A stretch of DNA of 64,000 bases from Flavobacteriales bacterium (lineage in GTDB: Bacteria; Bacteroidota; Bacteroidia; UBA10329). The notes under the pieces are model-generated. The model worked only from the letters and a program-made list of their open reading frames with translations. It searched no databases and was not told the DNA's origin. Within the stretch, counting starts at the first letter, position 1; each line of letters starts with the position of its first letter. The position numbers were made by a program, and so were the translations under genes. Positions 60,845-64,000 of this stretch are shown here, piece after piece. The stretch covers positions 43,551 through 107,550 of the forward strand of contig JAIOYP010000002.1 of the NCBI GenBank assembly GCA_021741155.1, read 5' to 3'.

Positions 60845-61010
60845 GATGACCCGAACGCCCTTCGGAAGTTCTTCCGAACCACATTCCCGCAGCCAAATGG
60901 CCTTCGGAAGTTTTTCCGAGCCACGTTTCCTTGACCAAATGTCCCTCGGAAGTTCTTCCGAACCGCATTCCCGTGGCCAAATGTGCCTCGGAAGTGGGCT
61001 TACGGATGGT
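60845..61010. repeat. tandem array, about 3.5 x 42-43 bp (ccttcggaagttcttccgaaccacattcccgcagccaaatg)
   Basis: The units are at 60857-60899, 60900-60942 and 60943-60984, plus a partial unit. The track ORFs here (both strands) are artefacts of the repeat. Confidence 0.8.
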
Positions 61011-61040
61011 TTCCCTTTACGAGTGCAGCGGCTATAGAAC

Positions 61041-61183
61041 AATATTCACAATCCGCCCCGGAACCACAATTACCTTCTTAGGCGCGGCACCTTCCAAACG
61101 TTCTTGCACTTCTGCATTGGCAAGCACAACTTTCTCCACTTCGTCTTTGCTCATGCTGGCAGGAAGTTCGAGGCTGAGGCGCG
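61041..61183. repeat. displaced pseudo-3'-end of leuS (direct repeat of 63156-63298, about 92 % identical)
   Basis: On the minus strand it would encode ...[39 protein letters not shown], which is almost identical to the true LeuS C-terminus. Confidence 0.8.
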
Positions 61184-61265
61184 TTTTAGATAGGGAAGTA
61201 GATACTACAGTAGAGATTAAGAAAACCTAACTTAGCCGACATACAAGACAACACGCATACTTATT

Positions 61266-63128
61266 ATGAAATCTACACTGATTGATGAGACCTTGATTCG
61301 AATTAGGCAGTCGCTCTCTAGTGATGAGTTCATTGATGTTGAAAAAAGTAAAGTTGAACTCAAAGATCTATCAACAGGCAACGACTGGAAATCTTTGAAA
61401 GAAACCATCAGTGCATTTTTAAATACGGATGGAGGCATTATTGTCTGTGGAATTAGAGAGAAAAACAAGCAGTACATCCTTACAGGATTCAACAGAAACA
61501 ATGAAGGCAATCTCACCGATTTGGATTCTAAGTTTTTTAGGGATGACCGAGGAGTACTCCTTGATGTTTCAGACCACATCCACTTCAGCTACGAAACTGT
61601 GAAGGATAAGGAAGTGGCGGTTATTGCCATTTTTCCTCTCACAGATGACTTGAAGTATGTGCAATTTGATGATGTGTATTATGAGCGAAAACTAACCAGA
61701 GACTGTCAGATTCCTCAGCCTAAGTTGCAAAGGCATAGGGAGTATAAAGCGGAATTGGAATACGCAAAGGAATTAGCATTAGTAGCAGATGCATCAATTA
61801 AGGATCTTAGCTTAGATAAGATTAACAACTATGTCAATCTACTGAATCGGGAGATTAGGAATGAGACGCTGAAACCATCCATTGCGAAAGCCAAACCATT
61901 TTTAGCTAACCAACATTTTATTCGAGAAGACAATGTTACAACCTTGGGAATGCTTGTTTGCGGAGCAGACCCTTACCATTTCCTTGGTGCCAGAGCAGAG
62001 GTGAACGCCTATTTTGATACCGATTCTGGTATCGGTAAGGACAAGAAGCTTTTCCGTAGTGATGTAATCACTCTGATGGAAGAATCTTTCAGATTTGTTT
62101 GGGGACACATACGTGTAGCCAGAGCCGTGACCGATGGCGGCAAGAGCGAGCCTGAGTATCCCGAACAGCTTGTAAGGGAAGTCATAAACAATGCCTTGGC
62201 CCATCGCGACTACACCATTGACGGATTCGTCAGCCTAACTGTCGAGCCTGCCCAATACCTCGAAGTTCGTAATCCTGGGTCTTTCAAGGAGAAAATGAAG
62301 CTGATTCACACGGAAACGGATGTTCCCGTCCGCAGGCTCATCCATGGCATTCCGGAGAGCAAAAACCCGAAGTTGGCTGGTGTACTCAAAGTATTCGACA
62401 AGCTGGAAGGACAGAGCAGGGGGATGTCTTTTCTGATTAACGCGACCCTCGAAAACTTGACCGACCTGCCATACTACATAATCAAGGATAATCTGGTTAC
62501 GCTCCGAATTCCGCAGGGCAAATTGCTAGACGAGGGCGTGGAAGTCTGGCTCGCTGGCTACAGCGGTTACATCACCTCTAAACTTGGTTTCTCACCCACA
62601 ATAGAGCAACAGCAGGTACTCGCCTATTTCTACAAGTCGGAACTATTGAACCGTCAGCGGTACTTCACCATCCTACTCAATGAGAGCAACAATCACTTTC
62701 AGGCGATTGAGGCGTTGAGAAACGCTGGCCTTCTTGAAGAGCACGTGGCGTCCACCGAGGAGGCCCCCGTGTTCATCCTTGACAGGACAATGATGCGGAC
62801 GGAGTTCCACAAAGAGCTGCGAGAACTTATAGGCGATCTGGTACTAAACAGTCTGGATGAAGCGGCATTGCACATCTTGAACCTCACGTATCAATACACT
62901 GTTTACAATAATGCTGGATTGAAGGCCTCTGAGTTAACCCCAGAGATTTACCGCAGACTTCATGGCAAACACATTAACCCAAGGAAGTATGAGTCATTGG
63001 GTCGACAGGTTAGAAAGCACTGTGCAAAACTTGAGGAGGAGGAAATCCTTATACGTGAGGAAAAGAAAGCATACCGCTTGAACCCTAATTATATACAACC
63101 TTCGTCCCTGTTTTCAGGAAAAAATTGA
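61266..63128 (+). CDS. AlbA_2 (Schlafen-like putative DNA-binding) + HATPase_c_4 domain protein (annotated as 'transcriptional regulator/RecG-like' in Bacteroidota)
   Basis: The N-terminal AlbA_2 pattern is DVEKSKVELKDLSTGNDWKSLKETISAFLNTDGGIIVCGI. The central motif is VREVINNALAHRDYTIDGFVSLTVEP. A C-terminal HTH-like region follows. Confidence 0.6.
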   Translation: MKSTLIDETLIRIRQSLSSDEFIDVEKSKVELKDLSTGNDWKSLKETISAFLNTDGGIIVCGIREKNKQYILTGFNRNNEGNLTDLDSKFFRDDRGVLLDVSDHIHFSYETVKDKEVAVIAIFPLTDDLKYVQFDDVYYERKLTRDCQIPQPKLQRHREYKAELEYAKELALVADASIKDLSLDKINNYVNLLNREIRNETLKPSIAKAKPFLANQHFIREDNVTTLGMLVCGADPYHFLGARAEVNAYFDTDSGIGKDKKLFRSDVITLMEESFRFVWGHIRVARAVTDGGKSEPEYPEQLVREVINNALAHRDYTIDGFVSLTVEPAQYLEVRNPGSFKEKMKLIHTETDVPVRRLIHGIPESKNPKLAGVLKVFDKLEGQSRGMSFLINATLENLTDLPYYIIKDNLVTLRIPQGKLLDEGVEVWLAGYSGYITSKLGFSPTIEQQQVLAYFYKSELLNRQRYFTILLNESNNHFQAIEALRNAGLLEEHVASTEEAPVFILDRTMMRTEFHKELRELIGDLVLNSLDEAALHILNLTYQYTVYNNAGLKASELTPEIYRRLHGKHINPRKYESLGRQVRKHCAKLEEEEILIREEKKAYRLNPNYIQPSSLFSGKN

Positions 63129-63147
63129 CCGCTAATTCGCAGTCTCG

Positions 63148-64000
63148 TTAAACCACAATATTCACAATCCGCCCCGGCACCACAATTACCTTCTTAGGTG
63201 CGGCACCTTCCAAACGTTCTTGCACTTCAGCATTGGCAAGCACAACTTTCTCCACTTCGTCTTTTCCCATGCTGGCAGGAAGTTCGATGCTGAGGCGTGT
63301 CTTTCCATTGAAACTGATAGGGTAATTCACACTATCCTCCACCAAAAAGCTTTCGTTAAACGCTGGGTAGGTGGCAAAGGTGATGCTTTCTGAGTGACCG
63401 AGTTGCGACCATAGCTCTTCTGCAATGTGTGGCGCATACGTAGAAATGACCACCGTAAATGGCTCCAAAATTGCGCGCTTGTTGCACTTCAAATCGTTGA
63501 GTTCGTTTACGCAAATCATAAACTGGCTTACGCTTGTATTGAATGATAAACGCTCAATGTCTTCCTGCACCTTTTTGATGGTGGCGTGCAATGCTTTCAA
63601 CTCCTTTTTAGTCGGCTCTTCTTCCGAAACAACGAACGTATCTCCATCATGGAATAGGTTCCAGAACTTTTTCAAGAACCGCGAAACGCCTTCAATACCG
63701 TTGGTGTTCCACGGCTTGGCATCTTCCAACGGCCCAAGGAACATTTCGTACAAACGAAGCGTGTCTGCTCCGTAGCGTTCAATAATGTCATCAGGATTTA
63801 CAACGTTCCATTTGGATTTGGACATTTTTTCAACTTCTGGTTGCGTATAAAAAGCTTTATCCAAAGTTGTATCCTGTTCGAAGTAATGAAACTTGCCATT
63901 TTGCCAATATCCATTTCTACAAATGAAAATGGCGTTCTCGTCATCTCTACTCCAAGTCAGATACTCTTCAACGTTAAGCTCGCATTTTTGGTCAAACGAT
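63148..64000 (-). CDS. leuS: leucyl-tRNA synthetase, C-terminal part (gene continues past the window end)
   Basis: It has the class-I KMSKS motif (EKMSKSKWN). It is open to the window edge and absent from the complete-ORF list because its 5' end lies outside the window. The track lists only 63148-63864. Confidence 0.8.
   Translation of the reverse strand, partial: SFDQKCELNVEEYLTWSRDDENAIFICRNGYWQNGKFHYFEQDTTLDKAFYTQPEVEKMSKSKWNVVNPDDIIERYGADTLRLYEMFLGPLEDAKPWNTNGIEGVSRFLKKFWNLFHDGDTFVVSEEEPTKKELKALHATIKKVQEDIERLSFNTSVSQFMICVNELNDLKCNKRAILEPFTVVISTYAPHIAEELWSQLGHSESITFATYPAFNESFLVEDSVNYPISFNGKTRLSIELPASMGKDEVEKVVLANAEVQERLEGAAPKKVIVVPGRIVNIVV

Noticed and set aside
60726-61042. ORFs on both strands (103, 99 and 74 aa) and a CRISPR-like look in the 60.8-61.0-kb repeats.
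   Set aside because: The repeats are contiguous 42-43-bp degenerate tandem units with no unique spacers. The ORFs are low-complexity read-throughs of the array (repeated SSEPHSR-type peptides) on both strands.

Overview
This 64-kb window appears to come from a Bacteroidota chromosome, probably a gliding Flavobacteriia/Cytophagia/Sphingobacteriia-type organism. That is an inference from at least eight secreted proteins with T9SS C-terminal sorting domains (type A 'Por' tails and type B 'gliding-motility' CTDs), an ORF6N-domain protein, many lipoprotein-type signal peptides and PKD-rich adhesins. Recognisable housekeeping genes are a deoxynucleoside kinase, nadB-nadA, heme A synthase, a B12-type ribonucleotide reductase, prfB (no programmed frameshift), recX, an ArsC-family protein, fumC, a mannose-1-P guanylyltransferase with an aminotransferase, proline dehydrogenase, a hybrid sensor kinase and the 3' part of leuS. 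The accessory content worth attention is: (1) a three-gene glycyl-radical-enzyme operon (activase, a C-x-E 'eliminase-class' GRE, and a PNPOx-like protein) of unknown substrate, directly downstream of a MITE insertion and close to the B12 RNR. (2) A new MITE-like family of about 150-175 bp with 19-bp terminal inverted repeats, an internal 21-bp hairpin and 10-bp target-site duplications: two full and two deleted copies. (3) A cluster at 42-48 kb holding a WYL regulator, a DnaB-C-terminal-only ATPase, a UVR-motif protein, a PD-(D/E)xK nuclease, a duplicated-Cys mini-protein and an AAA/DUF234 ATPase, which could be a defense or LexA-independent DNA-damage island. (4) A ~143-bp, ~92 % identical duplication of the leuS 3' end flanking a single AlbA_2/HATPase_c_4 gene, which looks like an integration scar. 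(5) Related 21-bp and 42-bp tandem arrays at three loci, each just 3' of a gene. (6) An MbnP/MbnH-like (di-heme peroxidase plus partner lipoprotein) pair. (7) Three tandem paralogous T9SS type-B adhesin genes. No rRNA, tRNA or CRISPR array was recognised.
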